From Neoechinorhynchus agilis (Eukaryota > Animalia > Acanthocephala), in assembly GCA_051530055.1 (NCBI GenBank), contig CM121342.1, positions 5,269,489-5,333,488 on the forward strand: 64,000 nt of DNA, written 5' to 3'. Each line of letters begins with the position of its first letter. Position 1 is the stretch's first letter. Positions 37,845 to 50,600 of the stretch are shown piece by piece. The notes beneath the pieces are model-generated. The model ran no database searches. It was not told where the DNA came from and saw only the letters and a program-made list of their open reading frames with translations. Position numbers and translations under genes: made by a program.

Positions 37845-40800
37845 ATGATGGTGGAAACACTTAAATTACCATTCAATGACGAATTTGTAAAACAACTGAC
37901 ATCAGAAACTCCTGAAAAGCAAATATCGGCATTGTGTGATTTAAACAAGTATGCTTTTTTCCAATGTTCATTCTGAACGTCTTCCATCAAGATTAATCCA
38001 TGGTTTAATCGAATCAGAAAAGATCGACGAGGTACAATCTTTGATCAATTATTTGTCCCGTTCATTCGCATTGTCTCAAATTCAAACTTTCCGTGTCGCT
38101 GGTTTATGTGCTCTCATGAATGCCAGCGCGAGCCTGAGAAATGTTCGTTGCCTCCTTTTTTCAGCACTAACATAAACACCCGAAAGCGTTTATGCGACTT
38201 CAAACATCTCGTGCTACCACCACTGCTAGCAAACGTGAACGATCCCAGCACTGATGTTCGATTGCTCACCTTAAAAGTCTTGTCCAACTGTACACTCCTC
38301 CTTGGATCAGATGGTCTCTTTTACTTCAAGGAACTCTTCGATATCATCTGTAGGGTACGTAAACTCTCATTCACACTTTAAAACGAGCGCGCAACGTTGA
38401 CATGCGTTGGACAATCACATGAACATTCGGTACCCTCCGCAACACCGCATGAATACTCTGTGCAGTGCGCTCACTGTCGCGAAACCGCATGAATACTCGA
38501 TTGAACGCGTTCATTGTTGTAAAACCCAATGAACACGCTGTAGCCCACGAACACCCAACCCGCAAAGCCTCACGAATACTATGAAGCTTACGCACACCCA
38601 ACCCGCAACGCCTCACGAATACTCTGAAGCTTACGTACACCCAACCCGCAGCACCTCGCGAATACTCTGAAGCTTACGTACACCCAACCCGCAAAGCCTC
38701 ACGAATACTCTGAAGCTACGTACACCCAACCCGCAGCACCTCACGAATACTCTGAAGCTTACGTACACCCAACCCGCAACGCCCCACGAATACTCTGAAG
38801 CTTACGTACACCCAACCCGCAGCACCTCGCGAATACTCTGAAGCTTACGTACACCCAACCCGCAAAGCCTCACGAATACTCTGAAGCTTACGTACACCCA
38901 ACCCGCAACGCCTCACGAATACTCTGAAGCTTACGTACACCCAACCCGCAGCACCTCACGAATACTCTGAAGCTTACGAACACCCAACCCGCAACGCCTC
39001 ACGAATACTCTGAAGCTTACGTACACCCAACCCGCAGCACCTCACGAATACTCTGAAGCTTACGTACACCCAACCCGCAAAGCCTCACGAATACTCTGAA
39101 GCTTACGTACACCCAACCCGCAGCACCTCACGAATACTCTGAAGCTTACGTACACCCAACCCGCAAAGCCTCACGAATACTCTGAAGCTTACGTACACCC
39201 AACCCGCAACGCCTCACGAATACTCTGAAGCTTACGTACACCCAACCCGCAGCACCTCACGAATACTCTGAAGCTTACGTACACCCAACCCGCAAAGCCT
39301 CACGAATACTCTGAAGCTTACGTACACCCAACCCGCAACGCCTCACGAATACTCTGAAGCTTACGTACACCCAACCCGCAACGCCTCACGAATACTCTGA
39401 AGCTGTACACCAACCCGCAAGCCTCACGAATACTCTGAAGCTTACGTACACCCAACCCGCAACGCCTCACGAATACTCTGAAGCTTACGTACACCCAACC
39501 CGCAGCACCTCACGAATACTCTGAAGCTTACGTACACCCAACCCGCAAAGCCTCACGAATACTCTGAAGCTTACGTACACCCAACCCGCAACGCCCAGAA
39601 TACTCGAACCGTCAACTTACGACACCCAACCCGCAACGCCCCACGAATACTCTGAAGCTTACGTACACCCAACCCGCAGCACCTCACGAATACTCTGAAG
39701 CTTACGTACACCCAACCCGCAAAGCCTCACGAATACTCTGAAGCTTACGTACACCCAACCCGCAACGCCTCACGAATACTCTGAAGCTTACGTACACCCA
39801 ACCCGCAGCACCTCACGAATACTCTGAAGCTTACGTACACCCAACCCGCAACGCCTCACGAATACTCTGAAGCTTACGTACACCCAACCCGCAGCACCTC
39901 ACGAATACTCTGAAGCTTACGTACACCCAACCCGCAAAGCCTCACGAATACTCTGAAGCTTACGTACACCCAACCCGCAGCACCTCACGAATACTCTGAA
40001 CTCTAAGCTTACGTACACCCAACCCGCACCCTCACGAATACTCTGAAGCTTACGTACACCCAACCCGCAGCACCTCAAACTCTGAAGCTTACGTACGACA
40101 CCCAACCCGCAAAGCCTCACGAATACTCTGAAGCTTACGTACACCCAACCCGCAGCACCTCACGAATACTCTGAAGCTTACGTACACCCAACCCGCAACG
40201 CCTCACGAATACTCTGAAGCTTACGTACACCCAACCCGCAGCACCTCACGAATACTCTGAAGCTTACGTACACCCAACCCGCAGCCCTCGCCTCACGAAT
40301 ACTCTGAAGCTTGTACACCCAACCCGCAAAGCCTCACGAATACTCTGAAGCTTACGTACACCCAACCCGCAACGCCTCACGAATACTCTGAAGCTTACGT
40401 ACACCCAACCCGCAGCACCTCACGAATACTCTGAAGCTTACGTACACCCAACCCGCAGCACCTCAAGAATACTCTGTGCAGTGCGCTCACTGTCGCGAAA
40501 CTGCATGAATACTCGATTGAACGCGTTCATTGTTGTAAAACCCAATGAACACGCTGTAGCCCACGAACACCCAACCCGCAACGCCTCACGAATACTCTGA
40601 AGCTTACGCACACCCAACCCGCAACGCCTCACGAATACTATGAAGCTTACGAACACCCAACCCGCAACGCCCCACGAATACTCTGTGCAGTGCGCTCACT
40701 GTCGCGAAACTGCATGAATACTCGATTGGACGCGTTCATTGTTGTAAAATCAAATGAACACTGTGTAACCCACGAACACCTCACGAATACTCATGAACAC

Positions 40801-43196
40801 CCAACCCGCAGCACCTCACGAATACTCTGAAACTTACGCACACATCCGCAACACCGCATGAATACTCTGTGCAGTGCGTTCACTTTCGCGAAACTGCGTG
40901 AATACTCGATCGAACGCGTACATTGTTGTAAAACCGAATGAACATTCTTTAACCTACGAGCACCCAACCAGCAACATCGCATGAATACTCGATCGAACGC
41001 GTACATTGTTGTAAAACCGAATGAACACTAGATAACTTTTGAACGCTTTCTCTACACCACACGAATACTCTTAAAGTTACTTACACCGCACTTATACCGG
41101 ATGAACAGCTCGTAGGTTACGCAGATTAGTTCGGAACTGCGTAGTTGTTGAAATTTATTTCTTTTTCTTTGCGTTATTTTAGGAGATTGATCACATCGAT
41201 TCGAAGGTTCGGTCAGCTGCTTTAAATATGAGCAATGTTTTAATGGACATTATTATCCGGGAAGGGGATGTTAACGTTAGTTCTCTTATCCCACCAATAC
41301 AGGAACGATTATACTCGTTCAATTGTAATGCTGTTCACCTTGTTTTGCATTGGGTAAGATGAGAAGCTTGATGGCCATCAACTGAAAGTTTTCTAGATTA
41401 TGTTTTTAAGTTCAATTCCATCAATCGACTTTTCACCGCACTGGGCTTGTCTCATGGATGGTATTTTCAACTCTATTTGTTTCTTGTCGAATGGATTTAC
41501 TGCGTATCAGTTTTTTTTACATTCTGGCGATGACAATAGAGCGTGAATTTTATTTAGTCGTCGGGACCTGCTTGCTACAATACGTGAATCATTGGATAAG
41601 GAGTGCAGTTTGCACATTCTTCAAGTTTTACTTAAATACTCATTGTGCTTGGGTATTTTTTTATCGAATATCAACTTTTTAATATTTCTTATATAGATGA
41701 ATTTTTACGCAAAACCAGCATGGAGTGGATATGTCGATATATTCATAAACTTGGTAGTGAGGATATCGAGAAATCGTTCAGAAATTTTCTTTATCATTCT
41801 ATCCCACAGTCTGATGAGCCAAAGGTGGGCGATTACTTTTCTTTAGAAATGATCGTTAGCTTATAGGCGATCGTTATAATGCGTACTAAAACAGGCCTTA
41901 AACTCATAAATAAACTCTTAGAAATGGTCCAACAAGAAAAAGGAAATCTTTCATGGTGCGTCAAGGGAATGTCTCCTATCTTAAAAGAGTCTTTTATTGC
42001 TATTTTACACATCTTCAAGCAATTATTATTGCAACTTGGTTCCTTTCGATTTAATTCACTTTGCGTTCTTTTTATAATTTATAAGCCGAAGATTTTTAGT
42101 TAAATCACTTATTTTTTGCACCATAGGACGAAGAAATTGCGGTCTGAGATAATTCTACTTTTGCAGAATACTAAAAGTTCAATGATCTTCTGGTGGTTTT
42201 TCATCGGGACCCTAAGATCTATCCATTCGGATTTCCTTTGTTCGCGGAGATCGCTGAATTTACAGCACAGAATGCACTTCGACACTTAATTGGGCTGGTT
42301 TTCTGTACAAATTATGCATTTTAAACGTAAAATCACCTTTCAGAATTCGCAATTTTAATCCAAAATGTCACAGTCGAATAAAACGGAAGATTTGGTTGAT
42401 TGCATAGAGCAAGCATTAATATCGAAATCCGATCAGGCAACGAATGAGATCCTAAAATCTATTGAACTCGACAAATATGATCAGAGTGTTGTTTTGGCAC
42501 TCTCACGAATTTTGAAGAGGAACAAATACCTTCCTCATAATATTGAGGCGCAGTCGATTATAGTGTATGTTTGGCTACGCTCGGCTATTTAACCATCTTA
42601 TTTTTGTAGGAGGTTATGTAGTGTAAAGTGCGGTTTTTGGTTATACCCAGCCGTTGCAAAATTTGTGTCAAATCAACCGAAATGCGTTGAAACTGTGTCT
42701 CTAGTGAAATTCCTTACAAACTCCCTGATGTATAATCCTGAAATGGAAGCAACTAGGCTACGATTTATAAACAATCAGGTGAGCTTTATAATGTTCCTCC
42801 GTTTTATTTTCTCGTTAAGGAAAAAGATATCATGAATATAATGAGTGCTTGGAAAATTGATCCGGTTTCATATTTGTCCATTTGCCTGTTAATGTCCGAA
42901 AGCGCAAAGGCAATTGAGATATTGAGCGATTTATCGCTTACCGAACCATCTACTGATGCTATCAAGGAACTCAAAGCACTCGCCAACCATTTTGAATCTC
43001 CCGTTTTCACACGTTCGTATCCGTTTCAATATCCTAATCATTACGTTTTAGTCTTTTAGGTCACCGGTACAGAATGGCTCTTGGCGATACTTCACGACAA
43101 AGAACACCTTGGTTTCTCTTACTCGCTCTTATTCCCAGCTGCGAGGAAGCCAATAAACTATTCAGGAAACTAAGTGATCTACAATTAGTGATCTAA
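37845..43196 (+). CDS. VAC14: VAC14 (PIKfyve/Fab1 complex scaffold), many short exons; intron 3 (38355-41182) is filled by a satellite
   Basis: SRSFALSQ..RVAGL, LPPLLANVNDPSTDVR, IPPIQERLYS, SAWKIDPVSYLSICLL, FESPVFT, LLALIPS. GT-AG joins were found for the junctions checked. Confidence 0.8.
38430..41030. repeat. Intronic satellite: ~44 copies of a 43-bp unit (about 38560-40470) flanked by longer related units
   Basis: Unit CTTACGTACACCCAACCCGC(AGCA/AACG/AAAG)CCTCACGAATACTCTGAAG. Longer parent-like units at about 38450, 40470, 40675 and 40860. Confidence 0.97.
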
Positions 43197-44870
43197 ATGC
43201 GTTCGTTTATTTTTTTGGGTGATATTGTTCAATGCTGGATGATTTGTATTTGGTTAATTTATGGAAAAGAAATCAAAATGTTTTTAAATCCGATATTTCG
43301 GCACAATATTGTGCTTTTATCATGGTTACTTCTAAGAATATATTTGACAAATCTAGCTACGAGGAAATTGCTTACTATTTTTCATTGTGATGTACTTGCT
43401 ATTCTTAATCGATATGTTTCTTTTGTTAGATTGTTACCGACAGTTCCACGGAGTGATTTCCGGTACTGCAAAAAAATTTTAGAAGACTTATTCTCATTGC
43501 TGGCGACCTATTTAGGGCGTTTATACAGAACTAATGGGTACGGAAGCGCTTATTTTCCCCGCAGACTTATTTACAATCACATCGAACTGAAACCGACTCT
43601 ATTCTGAAGTGATACTAGTAAATTTCGACTCCAAAATATCCATGTTATGATAGGAAAGGTTGCTCAGAGCTCTGATAAAGGTGCATGTGAAATCGGGACG
43701 TTGGCTTGTACCACTTTTAAAAGCTTCTAGAGTTTCTTCATATCGGCTTTAAAGGTTAAATCTTTAGTGAAAGTGTAGCCAAGAATTTCTGTTTTATTTT
43801 GGCGATTATCTAATCGACGTTTCTCGAAGGTAGAACGAGAGTTTAAAATGAACTTAGTTTTTCTGGGGTTTGAGGCAAGTATTTATGTAATGCTTTTGCC
43901 GTGATTTAGCAAGACTCACTTAAAAAAGCGGCCATATCTTCGAATTATAATGTGATTTCATTGAATACACAAAAATTCTGAACCATAAATTGCGTGGCCC
44001 TCCTTAGGACGGAAAATATAAAAATCCGTCGATTTTCTTATGGAAAAAATTGAATTTCAGACTATTGTTCATTTTCGTGTAAAATCTTAGGTCAAATCAG
44101 ATTGATTGGGCCAGTATGTTATTAGGACCAAAACGATCGCATCTCGATATAGTCCAATTAATTGGAATCGACTTTATTGTCAAAAGCTTTTATGATGCCC
44201 AAAGCAATCAAGGTATTCAATAGTTAAAGAGAATTTCTCTGAAAATTTGTGATCGATGCAGTTGTATTGCAAAATTTTTGATGAATTTCGCGGGCGCCCG
44301 CTCATGAAACCACAGAGTTCTAATGTGTGTAATACGACGCGAAGGAATACCCATTTCTGATCTAAATCTGATTGGAAATGAACCCCACACGGTCAGTATA
44401 ACCCTGGGCCCTTGCAAACGTTTTGATCAACAGTATCTCCCAATTGTCACTGTATAGTGAGAAATCTGTCACTAAAATGGCCACAAACTCACTCGATTCC
44501 CCTAGACGAGCGTCGCCATTTTTGAAAACGTAAATTAAAATATGAACGTTTAACGCGTTGATTTTGATTTTTACACAAAAATTTGGTCGAAGTTCCACAT
44601 AATCAGATCATGTATTGGGCGAAGAAAAAAGCACCGATTTTCCGCAAGTGGCATAGATCCAAATAAGTCTTGAGGAGAATGTAAGGTATTGATTGAGGTT
44701 AGAAAATCTCGTGCGAACCAGTAGACCGGATTACAGCTTTCAACCACTTTTGTGAAGGACCCATAAAATCCCACATTTTTTACAATATTGATTGCTACAT
44801 TGTGGTGTACACGTATTCGTTAGTCAATTCGATTTTTTAAAAGACTCCAGATTGTCTTTTAGAATACAGA

Positions 44871-45047
44871 TTATGTTCGTTTATGGCGGAAATTGAAGGA
44901 ATTTTTATTAAATCCGATATTTGGGCCCACAATCTTGCTGCGAATAAAAAATCCTTAAACAATCTTGATAAAAGCCGGAACAAGATTGTGGGCCGAGATA
45001 TCGGATTTAATAAAATTCCTTCAATTTTCCGCCATAAACAAACATAA
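44871..45047. mobile_element. MITE / fold-back element with 67-bp near-perfect arms
   Basis: 44871-44937 is approximately the reverse complement of 44981-45047; a degenerate single arm lies at about 43257-43315. Confidence 0.85.
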
Positions 45048-45273
45048 ATCAATCTTCAAACAATACGGATTACAAAAATACGTCTGTGTTCAAAGCTTGG
45101 TTCAAAGTGGAAACCGACACGAGCCGGGTTCAGATTAGCGCGTGAGCACTTGTATTTTAGAACTGATGATGAGCCCGACCAGGATCGAAACGTTTTTAAT
45201 AAAAATTATTAATACGTCTAATCATATACCCCGGTGCCTCAAATATCGACATTTTAAAATTTTATAGACGCGG

Positions 45274-46032
45274 ATGGTTAAATTCGAACTTGATGAAAAG
45301 GAGATGATATCTATTGAAGACGTTCCTAGTTACATTGGAAGTAACCTAGACACTTATATTCGTCTTCCAACCCAAATTCAGCGAATATCTTTCCTTGATC
45401 GTAGCGTGACCTACGAAGCTAAGCAGGTTATTACTTTTATTCAAGGCGCAATTGAAGAAAATCACAAGCCTTATCCGATAAATCTTAACGTGCTCAACAA
45501 AGTTAAAGATAGACTTGAGATCTTAAGGGACGAACATTTTGGTGCAATTGAAAAGGAGATTCAGACCACTGATTCCCACTTCGTCCGTGTACGTTACACC
45601 AAATGTGTTGAAGAGACAATTGAAGCGTTGTCTTATTATCATTTTCTCTGCAATTGGGCAAATTTTAAGGACGCATTGATTACCTACGATCAAGTCGTAG
45701 AATTCTTCAACTCAAACGGGTTGTGTCATATTCATATAACACTGTTTGATTACTTTCTTGGCGTTTGTGATATGTCCGGTGAACTTATGAGGACTGCGGC
45801 CAAATCCAAGCGATTAGCTCCCATTATCTCTGATTTTATTCGTGGTCTTTACTCGGCGTCGGATTACCTCTGCTTCGCGTTAAGATTCTATGGTAACGAT
45901 CGAATACTAAAATCATTTAGCAATAAATTAAACGAAATGATGAGATCGTTGCGCAAAGTGGAAAAGAATTCGCGGGAAATCAAGGCCACTAGTGGGACTT
46001 CAGACATTCCTTTGAAGCGAAGCGTTTCTTAA
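45274..46032 (+). CDS. TSNAX: Translin-associated factor X (C3PO catalytic subunit), intronless
   Basis: CVEETIEALSYYHFL and DYFLGVCDMSGELMR match the TRAX acidic catalytic motifs. Confidence 0.8.
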   Translation: MVKFELDEKEMISIEDVPSYIGSNLDTYIRLPTQIQRISFLDRSVTYEAKQVITFIQGAIEENHKPYPINLNVLNKVKDRLEILRDEHFGAIEKEIQTTDSHFVRVRYTKCVEETIEALSYYHFLCNWANFKDALITYDQVVEFFNSNGLCHIHITLFDYFLGVCDMSGELMRTAAKSKRLAPIISDFIRGLYSASDYLCFALRFYGNDRILKSFSNKLNEMMRSLRKVEKNSREIKATSGTSDIPLKRSVS

Positions 46033-47149
46033 ATATATTTTTTCGGAAATGCATGTGGGTTTGTCGCAAGAATCAACGGAGTGAAATTCTGAGCGGGAAG
46101 CAATCCTCTTACTGCGCTCTCCTCTTTTACGATCATCTTAAAAACGCAGGAGCTCGAATCTCCGTTCCTAATTTTGATAATTTTATAAAGAATATTTTCC
46201 CGGTTTTTGGGAATGACCTTTTCGAGCCGGTCGGTTTGATACCAAGCAACAGTAGGAGAACTTTCTAGTGTCCTATAATAAAGTCAAATTTTCTTTTACA
46301 TGAAAGGTCTTTAAAGATTTTCATAAATAATTCTCACGCTTTCGTCCAATTGCTGGACGCGTTTCACCTTTAAAACGATTAAAATAACTCTTTCTCCGCG
46401 GCAAAAGGCCAGTGCACCATTTCAGGTAAGATTAAAATTCAAATATTTGGTCGTCTTACGTTATAAACAGGCAATCTTCGACCAAGTTGCAATCCTTGTA
46501 AGAAATATAAAAAAATCGTTGTCCACACAAGGCCTTCAACAATAAATTGGGTTGTTTTAGATCAGCCAGTGGCGTTCTTAACGGCTGCAACACGTCCAGT
46601 GAACAGTCAAATTTTACAACGGTTTGCTTGTTGTTTGCATCAAATCCGTTGATGGTTTGAATGCAGTGTCCGCTCTTCGATAAAAATGGTGATAGTGATC
46701 CTGGATTCTGTTTGATGGCTTTATCACAGAAATGTGTAAGATACGACGGAGGAATCGAGCAGAAATATTATTTTCATTTTGCAAGTTAACATTTTTAGAA
46801 GAAGGCGACGTGAGAAATTCAGGTTGCTCGTTAAGGTAAGTCAATGCATTTCTCATGTCAGGTGTCGAATGACTCTACTCTCCGATATACAAAATTAAAT
46901 GCCTTTACATCTTAAAGAAACTCCTTGGGTAACAATGCCTAGCCCCAAATTATGAGTAAGCATTATTTCTAACGGGTTCTATCTATAACAACGAGATTAT
47001 CTTGCGAAATCAGCAATCTCCGTTACCATAACTTTTAGTTGAATTTGGAACTATGAAAGCGTCTAAAACAAACTTGCATCAAAATACTTGTCTTAATGAC
47101 TTCTTCGCCATGGTCTCGTCTGTCGACAATCAGACCTCACGAAACGTCG

Positions 47150-47430
47150 AAGTGAACGCAATTCCCTTAGTCTTGTCCTGAATATTGTGAATGTGGCCAA
47201 CATCCTAGAGCCGAGCAATCTTTGCCGGCTCGATGGCCACCGTAGACCGGACGGTGTCACAGTATTCTCGTGGCGTTTGGAAGCAAATGTCTTAAGTTCG
47301 TGGACACGCTCGCAAAAGGACGAGTCGAAATCATTATTTTGTTCCCCTTTGGCGTCGAGACACTCGGCCTGGTCAAGCAATTGTCGAAAAGAGACTGAGA
47401 CGAATCACTGGCAATCCCACGCCATTTAAC
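47150..47430 (+). mobile_element. Old CRE-like endonuclease fragment
   Basis: LEPSNLCRLDGHRRPDGVTVFSW motif. Confidence 0.65.
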
Positions 47431-47611
47431 GTTATTGGAACTGTGGTGATCAATCATTCGTACGTTCGCGACTAAATCCTAACCACCCAACTCCACAAAT
47501 CATATGGCTTCAATGAGTTTCCTTGTCTTAGTCATATGAAAATTCTCACCTTTCGCACAAACCGCCTCGTACTCTTCACACACTTTCTCTTCGATCTTAA
47601 ACTTTTTCAGA

Positions 47612-50600
47612 ATGGCTAGTTATAAAACAAAAGCGATGAAATTACTCCAATTAAACACAAAAAGTTTATCGTTTCGGCAGTTGTATCAATACGCGTCCAG
47701 GCGAGCACTATTCTACTCGTTTCTCGGCGCAATCGCATCTACGCTGAACGCAACACTGATGCCTATAATGTTCTTCGTCTATGGACGTGCAACTGATGAA
47801 TTCATAAGCGATAAACTTTGTTCGATCTTATCAGAAGTGAATATCTCTCTTATATGTCCTCCGGGAATTGATCAGAGCAACTTCAATGAGCAATATTTCC
47901 TGTGCAACTTCACCGGCACTGGGATCGAAATTCCCGAATACAACCTAATCGGAGACGTTTCCACTCAATCAATCAACTTCATCATTATCGGTATTGTTAG
48001 TTTTGTGCTCACTACGATTCAGATTTCTGCGTTTGCATATGCATGTGAGATAATCGTGCTGGAAATCAGGAAACGGGTTTTCCGATCTCTCATGCTATTC
48101 CCAGTTGAATGGTTTGATTCGAATGATTCCGGGATAATCAGTACATATCTTGTGGAGAACATCAACAAATTTAAAAATGGCGTGGGCGACAAAATTGGCA
48201 TAATCCTTCAAGGATTTGTTACGGTGATTGCTGCACTGGCTCTCGGATTCGCAATGGGATGGGAATTGACGCTCGTAATGCTAGCATGCTCACCACCGAT
48301 GATTTTGGCATCGACACTAGGAACTCTGGTCACTATGAGAAGTACAAAGACCGAGACGGAGGCCTATGTGAAAGCGGGAGCTGTTGCTCAGCAAGCGATT
48401 CGAAATATACGAACTGTTCAGGCGTTTGGTGGTCAAAAGACAATGCTGTCAAAGTATCAAAGTCATTTGGGTGAAGCTAAACGAGAAGGAATTAAGAAAA
48501 CAACGATCAATGGAATCATGTTGTCTGTTTTATGGATCGTAATATTTGGAATGCACGCATTAGGCTTCTGGTATGGTGGTAGATTGATAAACGAAAAGAA
48601 GTTGACAATCGGATCACTTTTAGCTGTTTTTATGAGTGTTCATTCCGCAATTTTCAGCATTGGAAACGCTCTTCCCCACATATCAGCAACGAATGAAGCT
48701 CGTGCGTCTGCATTTGATCTTTATGAGATAATCGAAGGTGTTCGCGAGGTTGGAAATGAGAAGTTAGATATGAAAAAAGGTAGCGTTTCGATCGTGACGC
48801 CCGATAATTTCGAAAATCAGGATATTATATTAGACGAGGTGTCGTTTGCGTATCCTACTCGACCCGAGGTTCAAGTTCTCGATCGGTTTAGTTTAAGAAT
48901 TCCTGCAGGCAAGACAACAGCATTCGTTGGAGAGAGCGGTTGTGGGAAGTCCACCGTTGTTCAGTTGCTTCTTCGCTTTTATCAGCACCAGTCGGGATCT
49001 ATTTCGATTGGAGGGAAAAGTTTCAATGATCTTGAACTTCATTCATTTCGACGTCATCTAGGACTGGTGAGCCAAGAACCAGTTCTGTTTTCCGGGTCGA
49101 TTGCAGAGAATGTTCGCCTTGGAAAAATGGACGCGAGTGAGGACGAAGTCGCAAAAGCGTGTGAAATAGCCAATGCTACTGAGTTTATTGAGAAACTCCC
49201 TGATGGATATGATACGTCTGTAGGAGAATCCGGATCGACTATGAGTGGCGGGCAGAAGCAAAGGATCGCGATTGCTCGTGCCTTAATAAACAACCCGAAA
49301 ATTCTTCTCCTGGATGAAGCGACGAGCGCTCTTGATTTTGAGAGTGAGAGAAATGTTCAGAGGACACTCGAGGAAGTGAGTAGGGGAAGAACTACGATTG
49401 TGATAGCTCATCGTTTGTCCACAATTCGAAATGCGGATCTTATTGTGGGACTCGAAAAGGGGCGTGTAGCCGAAGCGGGTACTCATGACGAGCTCATGAG
49501 GAAAGATGGCATTTATAGTCGCCTGGTTAAGGCAAATCAGAGACAGACAAGAGAGGATTTTGACTGGGAAGCCAAACAAATAGAGGCGAAACAACGAACG
49601 AGGTCGCGTTTAGCCACCATTCGCAGTGAGCAACCCTCTATGGTCGATGAAGTTGAAATCAATGGAAAGCCAAATAAGGAAAATGTGACTCTTTTCATGT
49701 TCAAGATGAATTTACCCGAATTATGGTTTATTTTGATAGGATGTATTTGTTGTGCTGCTTTTGGATTGATGCAAACTTTGTTCGAATTCTACTTTGCTCG
49801 CATGACAGTATTGTTTTCGAATTGTGATATAGATTATCGAACACGGAAACTCAATGAGATTTGTCTTATCTTTTTGGTCTTCGGAATCGCTTCCATGATC
49901 ACTCAAATAGTTTCATCGTTTTCGTTCGGCGTTTCAGGTGAAAATCTCACTAATCGTCTGAGGATTGCAATTTTTCAGCTCTTTATGGGGAATGACATTT
50001 CCTACTTCGATCAACCCGAACATTCCGTAGGATCTTTGTGTACGATGCTTTCATCAGAAGCTTCATCTGTCCAAGGCGCCACTGGAGTTCGTGTAGGTAT
50101 CATAATCTCCAACTTCTTTATTCTCGGAACCGGAGTTATCTTAGCTTTTGTATATGGATGGGAACTTGCGCTTGTATTGATGGCTTTCATTCCTTTTGTC
50201 GTCCTGTCCGGACTACTATCCATAAGTTAGTAGTTTTGTGCTTTTCTGACATTTATTGATGATTTCTAAGAAAGCTGCAAGTTGAGCATTCTTTATACGG
50301 CAAAGTCTTATCAGTTTGCCAATACGTCCAAGATGCGGACGGTGCACTTAGCCTGCTCCAAATATCGCCGTTTGCTTTATTGTTCTTCAACATAATGGAT
50401 GCTAAACCGGTTCGCCTTTAGTGTGATCGTCAGATTAACGGTGGTAGAATAGAAGTCTGCGGATTTAATTTTTGAAAAGGATAGCAAATCTTGTTTAAAT
50501 CCATCGAAAATGTAGTTTCAACTTCAAATGAATTTACGTACATCAATGGCCCTTTAGTTTTCTAATGGCACAAAATCACTAACAATAAAACTTATGGGCG

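Noticed and set aside
38371-41006. Short ORFs in the satellites (also 34852-36042 and 53326-55366) and a possible CRISPR-like array
   Set aside because: Pure tandem repeats with no unique spacers, in a eukaryotic genome.
41461-41545. Apparent non-canonical junction in VAC14
   Set aside because: A canonical phase-2 intron (GC|gtatca..atttag|T) restores the frame, and there is no terminal stem.
45163-45200. Second hammerhead-like CTGATGA...GAAAC
   Set aside because: No convincing stem II or stem I pairing.
50226-50588. Bulge-helix-bulge (tRNA endonuclease) or U12 minor-spliceosome explanation for the hairpin introns
   Set aside because: The central 4-bp exon-intron helix required for BHB does not form in ABCB, most other cases have 6 rather than the 7 flanking nt BHB implies, and no RTATCCTT or TCCTTAAC signals are present.
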